A stretch of 64,000 nt of DNA from Eledone cirrhosa (taxonomy: Eukaryota): the NCBI GenBank assembly GCA_964016885.1, contig OZ024752.1, positions 40,486,001 to 40,550,000 on the forward strand, in the 5' to 3' direction. Both the position numbers and the translations under genes were made by a program. Each line of letters starts with the position of its first letter. Position 1 is the stretch's first letter. Under the pieces are notes generated by a model. It was not told the DNA's origin. It ran no database searches and saw only the letters and a list, made by a program, of their open reading frames with translations. Below, piece after piece: positions 49,922-63,460 of this stretch.

Positions 49922-51007
49922 TCTATCTATATATATAAAACTGTGGTTGTCTGTCTGTCTATCGATTTTTGGCACACATCTCCTCTTAGAATCTCTCACG
50001 GAATTGCACCGAAATTGCTATACTTGTACATTGAGCCCTAGCGAAGACATCGTAAAAAAAATATTTCAAATTGACCCGCCCTATCTGACGAAATCGAATA
50101 TAATGTATCGATTTTTGAGCGTAAGTGATCAGTTATTTCCCTTTGTTCTGTTTACATTGAGCGTCTGCGTGCAAAAATTAAAAAAATTACGCTGGCTTTC
50201 TCAGCGTTTAAAATGACATTAACACACTGCAAAATTCATCAGTTCGAACACTAAGCTTCCGTTTTGCTTCATTTCCATTTAAAAGCCTTTTAAAACAATA
50301 TTTTTACTTGAAGACAAGTTTATTTAAAGACTACGTAAAACAAGCAAATATTTCGTAAAAAAAAAGCAAAAATTATATAAGTTTATTTAAAATATATGTA
50401 TCTGTAAATTTCGTTAGGCGTGCAGACAGACTTTAAGCCAAAAAAGAAACTTAACATTGTAACTTTAACACAGCTACTGAGCGACCCCGAGCAACGCCGG
50501 GCTGTATCTGTAAATTTCGTTAGGCGTGCAGACAGACAGTCGTGCAGACAGATAGTCGTGCAGAGAGGTGATATACGCGTGCAGACAGACAGTCGTGCAG
50601 AGAGGTGATATACGCGTGCAGACAGACAGTCGTGCAGAGAGGTGATATACGCGTGCAGACAGACAGTCGTGCAGAGAGGTGATATAGGCGTGCAGACAGA
50701 CATAACTGATAATTTGGTTACGCTAATGTTTTTCTCTGCGTTGCAGTGTTTACATTTTCGATCTTTGTTAATAAATAACCAGTGCAGTTTCTATCCCCAG
50801 CATCCTCTTTTGTTATAACATTCGAGTTATCGTTATGTTTTCTTAACTTCATAAGGCATATTGTTGGTTGAGGGAATATTAATCAAAAACACCACATGCA
50901 AGTCTGCACAGTAGACATTACAGTTTTTAAGCCAAAAAAGAAACTTAACATTGTAACTTTAACACAGCTACTGAGCGACCCCGAGCAACGCCGGGCTTTA
51001 CTGCTAG
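49922..51007 (+). mobile_element. Non-autonomous Helitron
   Basis: A|TC 5' end (tctatctatatatataaaa...gtctgtctgtct), subterminal hairpin cccgagcaacgccggg, CTAG|T 3' end, no TSD. Confidence 0.85.
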
Positions 51008-51793
51008 TCTTTGATAAAGAAGAAGATGGGATTCTCATGACTGGAACTTCGTTAACCCTTTAACATTTATATTACTCTATATATGCTATTGTATTTTCGT
51101 AGTAAAGGCTTGATCTCACATAATTATTTCACATAATATTGAATCTATGAGATTTGATGTTATTTATTTTGAGAACAATACCATAACATTGGTATGAGTG
51201 GCCAGTTACAGCTGGTTTGACCAGAAAGAGGTGAGAGAATTCTGGCCGAATACGGCCTGTTTAAATGCTAAAGGGTTAAGCACAAGTCTATTTAAATCAG
51301 GGCTGACCTGAATTTAAACAGCAACAACAATTACAACAAAAAGTACATTTTCAACCCTGTCCACAATGTTAGATATCTCTTCTTCTTTATGGTATAAAAT
51401 TTATTCTGCTAAACAATTTGAGATACGCTGTTCACTTTCCTCTAATTTGTACATTATTCTATGTACTATACATGCACCTTTGATGAGTTGTAGTGCACCT
51501 GAGCACTGTACACAGTAATTTTCATTATTATTATTATAGGCCCTTGCCATTCTGAGTTCAAATCCCGCCGAGGTTAACTTTGCCTTTCATCCTTATGGGA
51601 TCAATAAAATAAAGTACCAGTAATGCACTGGGTAATTGCTGGCCTTGTGCCAAAAGTAGAAACAATTATTATTATAGTTTCTTCTCATGGTTAAAATTTC
51701 ATCTACACCAATCAGATTTGTATCCGATTTCATGTATAATTAAAGAATCAAGTTTGTTTCAATATTAATTCTCCATGTTCTTTTTCTTTGTAG

Positions 51794-51821
51794 GAATTTC
51801 TTCTTCAGAACCAGTGTGACA
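51794..51821 (+). CDS. ARAP: ARAP-like 28-nt exon: EFLLQNQCD
   Basis: tttttctttgTAG / GTAAGT, completes the ankyrin motif. Confidence 0.88.
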
Positions 51822-52004
51822 GTAAGTTATTTACCAAACATATTTATATTATTTTTTCCGTTTTTTTTTTAAAAACTACAATTATATAATTTTATTTATG
51901 GAATATATCATGTAAATACAGTTTAATAGAAAAATAAAAAAATAAAATTTTAGATTGAGAAGAATGGAATGTAAAATAGAAAAGTATACGACAGGAAGGT
52001 ATAC

Positions 52005-52043
52005 GATGCTGACGATAGCTAATAAGCTTGAAACTAGTTCATC
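52005..52043 (+). ncRNA. Minimal type I hammerhead ribozyme-like motif, sense to the gene
   Basis: gatg-CUGACGA-u.agcu(aaua)agcu.u-GAAA-cua-GUU-catc; stem I gatg/catc, palindromic stem III actagt. Confidence 0.6.
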
Positions 52044-53406
52044 ATTCCTTTGTCAGTGTTGAACAAAAGGGCAACGATGGTTGCTGAACACTGTACGGCT
52101 TAATTTGGGCTGTTTGTTTACAAACAAACCGAGCATTATAATAAATGTTCGGTAAACCCATACGTATATATATATATGTGTGTGCATGTATGTATATATA
52201 CATACTACTGTACGTTTGTATACATATATGTATGTATACATACTTACATTTAAGTATCAGCCGTACTAAGAGTGAGAAATGAAATTTCATTTCATTCTTT
52301 TCCATTTAAAATAGAAAAAATAGAGAGAAAATAGAGAAAAAGAAAGAACAAATGGGATGGAGGTGTGGAATAGCAAGAACTCTAGTGTCACAGAAGAATG
52401 GGGACAGGTGAAGGGGGAGGATGATTGGGCTCTGGGCCTAGGGTATTGCAGTAGAGTGGCTGTGCCCTGCCGACAAGACCGCAGAAATGGCTGACTAACC
52501 ACTACATGTGATTTCTTCTTTGTTTTTTTTTTCTCTTGACTGTCTTCCTTTAATTTAGCCTTTTCTGAACATACTGTCTCCTCTCTCTATCTACTGTCTG
52601 ATGTGTCTGTGTACTGTTTGTCTCTCCTCTTCTCTTAGTCAGCATTTGATATTACAGGAATGATGTTTGTTTACATTCTCTGTAAGCAGTGATCCTGCTG
52701 CTTGGGGGTTAGATGTGCAAAAAAGTTGTACTTTACTTTATCACGGCACCAAAATGACCTCCTTACAGTGTGGACTGGATGTGATGGATATATGGTTTGA
52801 ACAACATCAGTGGGCCAGTTGCTGCTTTATACTCAAACTATTGAGCCATGTACAGCCTTACCCCCTGCCCACTCATTGTTGTATACTTAAAATCTTTGAG
52901 CACATTAAAAAATCCAAGGTATCTTAACCCTTTAGTATTTATATTACTCTATATATACTATTGTATTTTCACAGTAAAGGCTTTATCTCACATAATATCG
53001 AATCTTTGAGATTTCGATATTCATTTTGAGAGCATTACTTTAACATCAGTATGAGTGGCCAGTTACAGCCGGCTTGAAGAGAAAGAGGTGAGAGAATTCT
53101 GGCCGGATATGGCCTGTTTAAATGCTAAAGGGTTAAGAGACTAGTAGAACATAGTAGAACTCCTGGTGTATGTAAATGATTGCAGATTGATCTAATCTCA
53201 ACAACTGGATGACAATACACTTTAGGAAAAGCAGGAATATTGCAGATTGGTTTAACTGCAATAACTTGACCTCAATAAACCATACTAGTAGTAAAAGCAG
53301 GAATAAATGGAGAGTAGTTTCGTGTGTGAATTTGTAGTGTGTAAATTTGTAGAGAGGCAAAACATGATGATAATTGTCTAATAACTTCTATTTATATCAT
53401 TTTCAG

Positions 53407-53441
53407 GAAAGATGAGTTCACAGCATGAGACTTGTGATGAG
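53407..53441 (+). CDS. ARAP: ARAP-like exon: linker, (R)KMSSQHETCDE
   Basis: ttttCAG / GTAAGC; supplies the required phase 1 to 0 bridge. Confidence 0.8.
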
Positions 53442-53934
53442 GTAAGCTCTTATAATAATATATATAAATATATATATAAATATTGTTATATTTGGGGAGG
53501 GTCATATTGTTATAATATTGCCAGAAATAATAACAGAACACACTCACTGTTTGGTTTGGGTTGGTTTTCGCTTCTGTATCTTTTATATCTCCATAGTTAA
53601 TTTATCTGGCATTCAATGTTTCTCATTAATTGATCAACTGTTAAAAATACAGATATAAATATATATAATTAAATATAATAAAATTAGAAAAATTAACAAA
53701 GAAAACACAACAAATGAAAACAGGGCAGAATGGTACATTTTTAGGTACAGTAACAAGGAAAATTCCATCTCTCAGTCATATTTCATATGGAGGTCTTAAG
53801 ACTAAGATTAAATGGAGTGTCCTTGAAAGTCATAAAAGTAAAAGGCTTTGTAGTTTGATGAAGATTTTGCTGTTACTTGTAATCACTTGTGGACCATATA
53901 CAGTTTACTTTATTAGCTTATGAAATGCAGTATA

Positions 53935-54038
53935 CAGGGTGTCCCAAAACAATGTATACACACTTCAACAGCATTCTAATAAATAAATATTGCCTGTACA
54001 GGTAATAAAAGAGTGTATACATTTTTTGGGACACCCTG
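53935..54038. mobile_element. Tc1/mariner-like MITE
   Basis: TA|CAGGGTGTCCCAAAA...TTTTGGGACACCCTG terminal inverted repeats. Confidence 0.8.
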
Positions 54039-54079
54039 TGTATAGTAAATAACAAAATATAATTAATGACTGCTAAGTA

Positions 54080-54445
54080 TTTCAGAAAGCCAGTAAAATG
54101 TAGAAATATATAAAGAGCAAAGGATTACAAATAAAACAAAGCAATGTTTCTTACTCATAATATTTCAGGGCTAATAGCCTCTTTTCAAATGTAAAAACAA
54201 CAATGGTGTAAAACAAACAGAATGATTGATGTGTTGTTCCCTAACTGGTTTAAGTGTCTGGTTTACACATGTGTGGAGCAGTTATAGCAGAGTGGCTCCT
54301 ATGACTGCTACATACACTTAGACCATTCATTTTATTTTACACATTTTTTGTTTTTATATTTGAAAAGAGTGTATAACCCTGAAATATTATGTTGCTCTTT
54401 ATATATTTCTGCCTCATTATACTGACTTTTTGAATGAAATATTTA
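54080..54445. repeat. Diverged foldback element with ~120-bp inverted arms
   Basis: agaaatatataaagagcaa / ttgctctttatatatttct and cataatatttcaggg / ccctgaaatattatg. Confidence 0.7.
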
Positions 54446-54844
54446 CCAGTTATTTATTACATCATCATCATCATCATCATCATCATTTTACGTCCGCTTT
54501 TCCCTGCTTGCAAGGGTGAGACGGGTCCTATTCAGCACAACATCTCTCCACTTGTCACAGTCCTTTGTCATCTCCTCCGTGAGTTTCAGCAATCTGAGGT
54601 CTGCTCTGACCACCTCCACCCATGTTTTTCGTGGTCTTCCTCTACTGCGTCTTTCTTCTACTGGGATTTCTTGGCACTTCTTTACCCAGCGGTCATCCTC
54701 CATGCGCATCACATGTCCATATCATCTCAATCTTCTCTCCTGCATACCACAACTTATCCCTCTTATACCCAGTTTCTCTCTCAACTCATCTATATTTATT
54801 TAAAGTGTTTCCTATCTTACACACTTATTGTTTATTTATTTCAG

Positions 54845-54917
54845 ATAGCAATATCTTCCAAACGCAATGGTGTCAACTATGAAGGATATTTGTTCAAAAC
54901 CGGTGTTAATATGAAAG
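54845..54917 (+). CDS. ARAP: ARAP-like exon: PH3 start, IAISSKRNGVNYEGYLFKTGVNMK
   Basis: tatttCAG / GTAAGA; EGYLFKT PH beta1 motif. Confidence 0.9.
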
Positions 54918-55049
54918 GTAAGATTGTTTTTACTCTAGTAAGTACCAGTCATATACTTGGTAGGATTGACTTACTTAACTTTGTTTTACTTGGTACTTAA
55001 CAAATATTGACTTTGTGTTTTGTTAAAGGAAAATATTGTTGAGCAGCAG

Positions 55050-55998
55050 TTCCCAAACACTGCCCTCTGGTGCACTCTTCCCAAACAGTGCAGTCTGGTG
55101 CACTCTTCCCAAACAGCGCAGTTGCATGCACTCTTCCCAAACACTTCCCTCTGGTAAACTCTTCCCAAACAGTGCAGTATGGTGCACTCTTCCCAAACAC
55201 TGGCCTCTGGTACACTCTCTCCAAACACTTCCCTCTGGTACACTCTTCCCAAACACTGGCCTCTGGTACACTCTTCCCAAACACTGGCCTCTGGTGCACT
55301 CTTCCCAAACACTGGCCTCTGGTACACTCTCTCCAAACACTACCCTCTGGTGCACTCTCTCTAAACACTTCCCTCTGGTACACTCTTCCCAAACACTGGC
55401 CTCTGGTACACTCTCTCCAAACACTACCCTCTGGTGCACTCTCTCTAAACACTTCCCTCTGGTACACTCTTCCCAAACACTACCCTCTGGTACACTCTTC
55501 CCAAACACTTCCCTCTGGTACACTCTTCCCAAACACTGGCCTCTGGTACACTCTCTCCAAACACTGCCCGCTGGTGCACTCTCTCTAAACACTTCCCTCT
55601 GGTACACTCTTCCCAAACACTACCCTTTGGTACACTCTTCCCAAACACTTCCCTCTGGTACACTCTTCCCAAACACTTCCCTCTGGTACACTCTTCCCAA
55701 ACACTTCCCTCTGGTATACTCTTCTCAAACACTTCCCTCTGGTACACTCTCTCCAAACACTTTCCTCTGGTACACTCTCTCCAAACACTTCCCTCTGGTA
55801 CACTCTCTCCAAACACTACCCTCTGGTACACTCTTCTCAAACACTTCCCTCTGGTACACTCTCTCCAAATACTTCCCTCTGGTACACTCTCCAAACACTG
55901 CCCTCTGGTGCACTCTCTCTAAACACTTCCCTCTGGTACACTCTTCCCAAAGACTTCCCTCTGGTACACTCTCTCCAAACACTTCCCTCTGGTACACA
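55050..55998. repeat. 28-bp minisatellite
   Basis: Unit ccaaacacttccctctggtacactcttc. Confidence 0.95.
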
Positions 55999-56554
55999 CT
56001 TGTTTCCATTTTTGTTAAAACCTTTTATCATTTATAAAGTTAATTGTAATATAAACCCAATAAGATAATACAACTGAAACAAACCTGATTTAATGGTATT
56101 ATCATGCTACCAAATATAAGATGACCAAAAGTTTGGGTGTGGTTTATTTCAACAAATAATACTTCTGTATGGCATAAAGATAAGATTTTGCTTGTTTGAA
56201 TGTTAAAAAAAAAGAAAAAAAGTGAAAAAAAGGATTTAAATGTGTTTTTGTTTGTTTTTTTTTCAATTCTTTTAGTAATTTGATATCTGTTTCCCCTACA
56301 CCCTTCACTAGCATGGGTTGAATGGTTTTGCAAATTTCGATATTTGCATGCAATATTTGTTGGAAGCCTGTATTTTATAGCTAAATGTCTTTTCTAGAAT
56401 GGCCCACTCAGCTATGAAATAAGGGGATTAACATACTAGTTCCTTTATTCATATTGTAATGGCTTTATCGGGTTTTGAACTCTCATCAACCTAAACTTAA
56501 TAATCCATTGTTTTACTCATTTAGCTAATCTAGTCTGATCTTTTCTGTTATTAG

Positions 56555-56609
<55 letters not shown>

Positions 56610-56781
56610 ATCCCATCTTCATTGCTGAGGGGTCAGAAATGATGGACAATTGTTCCATATACTCCTCTATATGATGCTGTATGTCCATGATTCTCATTGT
56701 AAAAAAAAAAAAAAATGGCGTCAGTGTATCCCAAATCCTCTTCCGACTAACACTCCATAGCTGGCTTTCAAGCTGCAGCTC

Positions 56782-57318
56782 GTGAGTGATGGTTGTTGTA
56801 ATATAGTATAGCACATTCTCAGAGAGCTGGTATATATATACAACCAAGTCTTACTCAATTGTGAGTGATTGTAATTTAGTACATTCCCAGAGAGCTAGTG
56901 TATACAACCAAGTCTTACTCAATTGTGAGTGATTGTAATTTAGTACATTCCCAAAGAGCTAGTGTATACAACCAAGTCTTACTCAATTCTGAGTGATGGT
57001 TGTTGTAATTAAATACATTTTCAGAGAGCTGGTATATATACCCAAGCCTTACTCAATTCTGAGTGATGGTTGTTGTAATTTAGTATAGTGTATTCTCAGA
57101 GAGTTGGTATATACAACCAAGTCTTACTCAATTGTGAGTGATGCTTTTTGTAATTTAGTACATTCTCAGAGAGTTGGTATATACAACCAAGTTGTACTCA
57201 AATTGTGAGTGAAGGTTGTTGTAATTTAGTACATTCTCAGAGAGTTGGTATATACAACCAAGTTGTACTCAAATTGTGAGTGAAGGTTGTTGTAATTTAG
57301 TACATTCTCAGAGAGCTG
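56782..57318. repeat. ~60-70 bp diverged tandem repeat, ~8 copies
   Basis: caaccaagtcttactcaattgtgagtgat recurs. Confidence 0.85.
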
Positions 57319-58627
57319 ATTATTCATAGGGAGGATCAGTCAAAATGGAGGATCAGTCAAAATATTTGATGTGTTATTTGAAAATCAGGATTATGTCTTC
57401 TACAACATTGAGCTTTCTGACCTCAGTAGATATAGATTTACTTCTAAACAGTTGGTGCTGACTACTCTTGTGTTACTTCTATTCTCTGCCTGTTCTACTT
57501 ATATCTTTCAAGGCAATTTTCTAATTGCATCTTTCATATGCCTGCATTATTACATCACAGTTTTTCTATTGATATTTTTTATTGTACAACAACACTTTCT
57601 TCCACATATTTTTTTTCTTTCATGGTTCAGTATTTTTTCATTCAGCTACTGTTTTCTCTGCTATTTGTTAATAAACTTTATTTCATCATAAACCCTCAAA
57701 TCTCTGTATGTTATGCTGTGGTCATTATTGTCTATTTTATCAAGCAACTAGCACCTATATATTTCTTATCATTTTACTCATCTGTTCCTCGGTCATGGCA
57801 GAGTCTTATCACTAAACATACACGCAGTGGTGCATTGCTGAGGGTGCAGCTGCATTCCTCAAAAAAAAAAAAGAAAAATTGTTGGAAAATTCTTAAATTT
57901 TCAAAAAATATTGTATACTTTGCTTGTTTATTTTTCTCCAACAACTAGTAACCAGCCTTGTACATTGACTTAATGAATCTCTTGTCACTACTTCACAAGT
58001 ATCATGAAAGCTATACTTCACTGATGAGGTTACAATTATACTGACACTTATCTTCTCTCTTTGCTGTTGTAATTAAAATATCATTAGTCATTAACTAATA
58101 TTGTTTTTTCATCTCCACATAATTACTTCTTGCTAACATTTTAATGTTTCTTCTATTAAATATGCCAACAATTTCTGACATTAAGTATTATTTATAGTTT
58201 TTAAAATGCCCCACCAAGAGCATGAAAGGCCAATTAAAAATAAATTACCGAACAATCAACCCCAAAAAATCAGCAATTCATGTCCCGGTTTGATCATTAG
58301 GAGGCCTAATTTACAATTATTGAACTGACCTAGTACTTTGTGAATACTGCAAAAGTACAGAGGCATATTAATACAGTTAGAAAAGGTAGCACTATAAAAC
58401 TGAGAAATATTTCCTTAGTTTTTGTAGTACTTAGCTCAAATCCTGGGATCCTAAAGAAGGCAATAGAAAAACAAACAAACAAAACATTTTACTGTATTCT
58501 TGTCTGAGTATCAACTTTAAAACTGGATCTTGTGTGGTGGCCTAAAAATTTGATAGGATTATAGGACTTTGAAACTATAATTGTGTAAAAAAAGGTGTTT
58601 GGTAACTTTCTAAATAATTAGAATTGA

Positions 58628-58858
58628 GGTATGATGTTCCAATAATTATACTATAGTAACTAGTATAATGTTGTTCCAATAGTTATACTATAGTAACTGT
58701 AGTATAATGTTGTTCCAATAGTTATACTATAGTAACTGTAGTATAATGTTGTTCCAATAGTTATACTATAGTAACTGTAGTATAATGTTGTTCCAATAGT
58801 TATACTATAGTAACTGTAGTATAATGTTGTTCCAATAGTTATACTATAGTAACTGTAA
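58628..58858. repeat. 39-bp tandem repeat with internal imperfect palindrome
   Basis: gtataatgttgttccaatagttatactatagtaactgta, ~6 copies. Confidence 0.9.
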
Positions 58859-60305
58859 CAGTTCGTTGTAAACATAATGAAGTGAAATTTAATGTTTTAT
58901 AATTGTAGATATCAAACATTAAATAACAGAATACAATATTCTTGCAGCTGTTAGATTTTCTTGATTAGCTTCAGAGAAGTGAATTTAATTGGGGTCTCTT
59001 ACCATGGGCACCGTCTCAACATGTGGGCAATATTCTCTTAGAATTTGGGGTTGTGTTCTTGAGCAAAACACTTCATTTCATGTTGCTCCAGTATACTCAG
59101 CTGAAAATTAGTACCAGCAATAGCTGGGGGTTTAACCCTTTGTTGGACTAGTGTCCTGTCCAGGCGGGAGTTTTTTACTCAGCCACTTCATGCCATGGAA
59201 CTCAGTATAAATACCTTCCTAATGAACCTCTGGGTTTGAGACAGGCTCTTTTAAATTTGAAGTTTCATACCTAGGCTACAGATGAAGATAATTGTTCTTG
59301 GTTCTGTAATATCAAATTGAACTGAAACTAATTAAAAAATTTGCAGTTCACATTTTAAGCATGCGGTTCTCATTTTCAGATGTGTGTTTGCCATACACCC
59401 CTACCACATCCCCACCCAAAGGAAAAAGAAATATATGTGGTATTCATTTAAAAAAATGATAAGGTTAGGCTGCTGTATGAAAGAGGTTTAGTAGTTGTAT
59501 AGAAGTATTATTGTTAATTTGAATATACTACTAATGTTTATAAATAGTGCATAGGATGTGAACTATATTGATATAGTCTTGTTGGTACACTAGATATACC
59601 TACATCATTGGTTATTCCTGTTCATTTCCTATTCCTTTTTTTGCCCATATATGGTAATGAGACATTATTTTTAGGGTGGTGTATTGGCAGTATCGGTAGA
59701 GTGTCTAAGAACATGCTTTGCGGCATAGAGCTACAGCCCTTTACGGTTTGAGTTCAAATCCCGTCGAGGTTAACTTTGCCTTTCATCCTTACGGGGGTCG
59801 ATAAAATAAAGTACCAGTAATGCACTGGGGTAATTGCTGGCCTTGTGCCAAAAGTAGAAACAATTATTTTTAGAAACTATTTATGATCTGAGTTCAAATC
59901 CTGCTGAGGTTAGCTTTGCCTTTCATCTTTACCAGGTTGATAAAATAAAGTACCAGTATCGTACTGGGGTCAATTTAATCAACTTTCCCTCCCCATCAAA
60001 TTGCTGGCCATGTGCCAATATCAGAAACCATTATACTTAGACACTCTTTCCAAGCATGTTTTCCACAATAACATTTTCACTTAATTCAATTAAACTCCAC
60101 ATTATAATTTATTTGGTATTAACACTTCCATCACTAATTTCATCACCATTTGTTTGTATGTTGCATCTGAAATTTACTTTTGCAATGATTAATTAAACAT
60201 TTTTTTTTTTTTGTTACAATCATTTTTTTTTAATACATTTTTTTTGTGTGTGTTCTTTTTATCGAATCTGGTTCTTGCCATTTGTTTTTAATTGGTCTTC
60301 TCCAG

Positions 60306-60338
60306 AAAAACGTGCATCAGTATTGATCAAATCGCGTG
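60306..60338 (+). CDS. ARAP: ARAP-like 33-nt symmetric microexon in the PH3 beta1-beta2 loop, EKRASVLIKSR
   Basis: Long U-rich tract + ctcCAG / GTAAGG, phase 1-1, open frame. Confidence 0.7.
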
Positions 60339-62689
60339 GTAAGGTTTTTATCTGGCTAATATTGCTACATTTTACTTACAAAATAATCTTCTAAATAAGT
60401 AGGAAAAAAATTATAGATGAAAAAATTATATTTTAAATAATTTTGGTTGTCATAAAAAATCTTAAGAAAATATATATCTCTGCATTTCCTCATCTTTTTG
60501 TGGCTGAATTTAAGCATTTGTCTTGTTTTCTTTTTTCTTTTATTATTTCTTCTTTCCTACCCATGTATGTCTCTTTTTATTCCCCACCCACTACACTCTA
60601 TGTTTGATATCACTCTCGGGGTAATTATTAACAGAAACAATACAGAAATATAAACAACAACAACAAAACTATAAGAGTAGTTGTTATTTTGTCCTCAGTC
60701 AGTTTTGATAGAGCTGACCTATGATCACAGGCATTCTAGTTATATTTTTCAGACACATTGTATCTTGGACTACATTAGTCTATGTGGCCTTCCCTTTTTT
60801 AAGATGGTAGGGTATGATTTGAAGGAGATTAAGCTGCTATTTCTAGCAGTTGGAGTGACTATGTAGAGGCTCTCTTTTCGACTTGTTTCAGAATAGTCTT
60901 GGTAACTCAATAGTGATGGTTTTGTATTGGTATAAAATAGGTTGGAAATACTTCTTCTTCACCCACTTATTCCTGAGAGGGTCGTGGGAGCAAAGTCCTC
61001 AAAAACTCCTTCCAGCGGATCCTGTCAGAAGCAACTGTCTCCAAATGATCCGGTTTGATCCCCCAAGCGTGACCAGCCAAGCTCATGGATGTTATCCAAC
61101 CATCTTACTCGGGCAAATACAAAAAATATATTTAAAAAAAATAGCTATTGGTATATAATGAAATAAAGAAATGACTAATGTTTTAAATGTCATTTTCTGA
61201 TGATGGATTTGATTGAATTATCAAGCCTCTTATTTCATTTTACAAACATCAACATACATCTCTTTTGTTTATATTTTTAGTCAAAGTATATGTTAACCCT
61301 TTAAGCATTTACATTACTCTATATATACTAATGTATTTTTGTGGTAAAGGTTTTATCTTACATAATTATCTCACATAATATCAAATCTATGAGATTTTCA
61401 TATTATTTATTTTGAGAACAATACCTTAACATTGGTATGAGCAGCTGGTTATGGCCGGTTTGAACAGAAAGAGGTGAGAGAATTCTGGCCGGATACGGCT
61501 GGTTTAAATGCTAAAGGGTTAAATGTATTTTTCTCCCTCCTTATCCTTACTCTTTGATTGCTGTATTTGTGTTCTTGGCAGGAGTTAAGCTGAGCACTTC
61601 AATTATACAATAGTCTGCAGATTCTGCTAATGACTTGTACTACCTTATGATGCATACACACACAGATAAAGGGGTTTTTTGAAAGGTCTCTTCTTTCTGA
61701 TACTGTGTAGACAAAGATCCCTATTGAAAGGTCTCGTGTATGAAGGATTTTTTTTCTGTTGATAGGATTAAGTACTTAGCACTCTATAGAGTATATGGTA
61801 CTAATTTATATGGTAGCCACAACTCAACAGAAAGCAGATATTGAGGGTGACTGTGGTCTGATGAAGTTTGTCCTCCCTTTACTAGTATAGTAGATAGGTT
61901 TAATTTAATATTTTTTAATTGGGTCATTGTACTCTGTGTGTTGTGTTTTGGCTTGTTTAGGTTTGTGTACTGAGCTGTTGGGTAGTGTTGTATAAAGAAA
62001 ATCATATATGTATGTATATATGTATGTACATGTATATGTATGTATATGTATATATGTATGTACATGTATATGTATGTATATATATGTGTATGTATCAACA
62101 GTCGATCGACAGGATCCCAGACCTCATTCACTTGATGAGTGGAGTGGAGCTTGTCAGATTGGACCGAGGAAACAATGTTTCCATTGGATATTCCAATTGA
62201 TAATACTATCTGCCGGTCGCAAATATTGAAGATTAAGAAACTTAATGATTTATTTTTATTCAGAGTGATACTCAACTATAATGTGAAAATATGTGCATGA
62301 TCTGATGTCTCTTCTTTTTAATCTTTGGTGTATGCTGCTAAGCATGTATTGGCATGAGTAAATAGAAAATGATGAATAAACAAAGAAAGAAGCTTCCTCA
62401 AGGTTATTTTTAGAGGAAAATTATTTTTTTCTTTTTGCATAAATTTTCTGCTCTCTCTGTTTTCAATTAATTTTGAAAATAATAATAAAAAACTTTTTTG
62501 AAAAATTTAATAACAGAACAAATTATTTATTTATCTTAATTATAAATTGGTCAAATATACAGAAAAATAAAACAGCATTGGAAAGGACTGTAAATGTCTT
62601 AAATGAGAGGAAAAGGAGGGGAAGAACAAGGACTATTAGACAAAGGAAAAAAGAAAGGGGGAAGGGGGTGATGGTGACAGACTCTACAC

Positions 62690-62876
62690 CTAGATCAGAA
62701 TGGTGTTTTGGCTGCACCCTGCGGACAATGGCCAGCGACACCTGCTGCAACAGCAACCTCACCTTGCGAGACTCCTTTCTCAGAAGATGGGCTGTTATCG
62801 ATGATCCAATTGTACAGAGGTGGTCAGCTGTCCAGGGCCCAAGGATGCTCGACGTCTTGACACTGACTGATGCAAA
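62690..62876 (-). mobile_element. Degenerate fragment resembling the C-terminal endonuclease end of a CRE/NeSL-type non-LTR retrotransposon
   Basis: VSVKTSSILGPWTADHLCTIGSSI...RLLLQQVSLAIVR resembles the recalled VET-G-GP...FL-Q-LS-AI-RGN pattern. Confidence 0.5.
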
Positions 62877-63207
62877 CAGGAAATTAATAAAAAAATAGCT
62901 AACATTTTCACTAGTGAGCTGATATTTAGAATATTCTTCTTCTTCACCCACTTATTCCTGAGAGGATTGTGGGGGGGGGGGGACAGAGTCCTCAAACACT
63001 CCTTCCAGCGGGTCCTGTCAGAAGCAACTGTCTCCAAATGATCTGACTGGATCCCCAAGTGGATCCCCAAGTCTTCCCCTGGGTATCTTGCCGGTTGGTT
63101 TTACCCATAAAATCTGTCCAGTAATATTTAGAATATTCCTTAATATAAATTTTGGAAATAAAATTATAAAGAAAGGTTTTAATATTAGTATAAACATCTT
63201 TAGTGAA

Positions 63208-63460
63208 GTCTCCTGGCTTAGTGGTTAGAGAGTTGGATTCGCATTGTGAGGTTGTGAGTTCAATTCTTGAACTGGGCGATGCATTGTGTCCTTGAGCAAG
63301 ACACTTTATTTCACGTTACTCCTTCTGCAAGGAGTTGCGACCAGTAGATAGTATCAGCAATAGAAAGACCAATGCAAACATTGTTTCCTCGGTCTGATTT
63401 GATGATGTCCACCTCACTCGGCAAGTGAATGTGGTCTGGGATCTTGTCGATTGATCAGAG
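63208..63460 (+). mobile_element. Older CORE-type SINE subfamily; copies at ~25798-26040(+) and ~62100-62220(-)
   Basis: A/B boxes, tgtgtccttgagcaagacactt core, shared aaacattgtttcctcggtc 3' part. Confidence 0.75.

Noticed and set aside
61961-62230. Candidate next PH3 exon
   Set aside because: No RRW-type PH motif; the region is a microsatellite plus an inverted SINE fragment. The next exon probably lies beyond the window.
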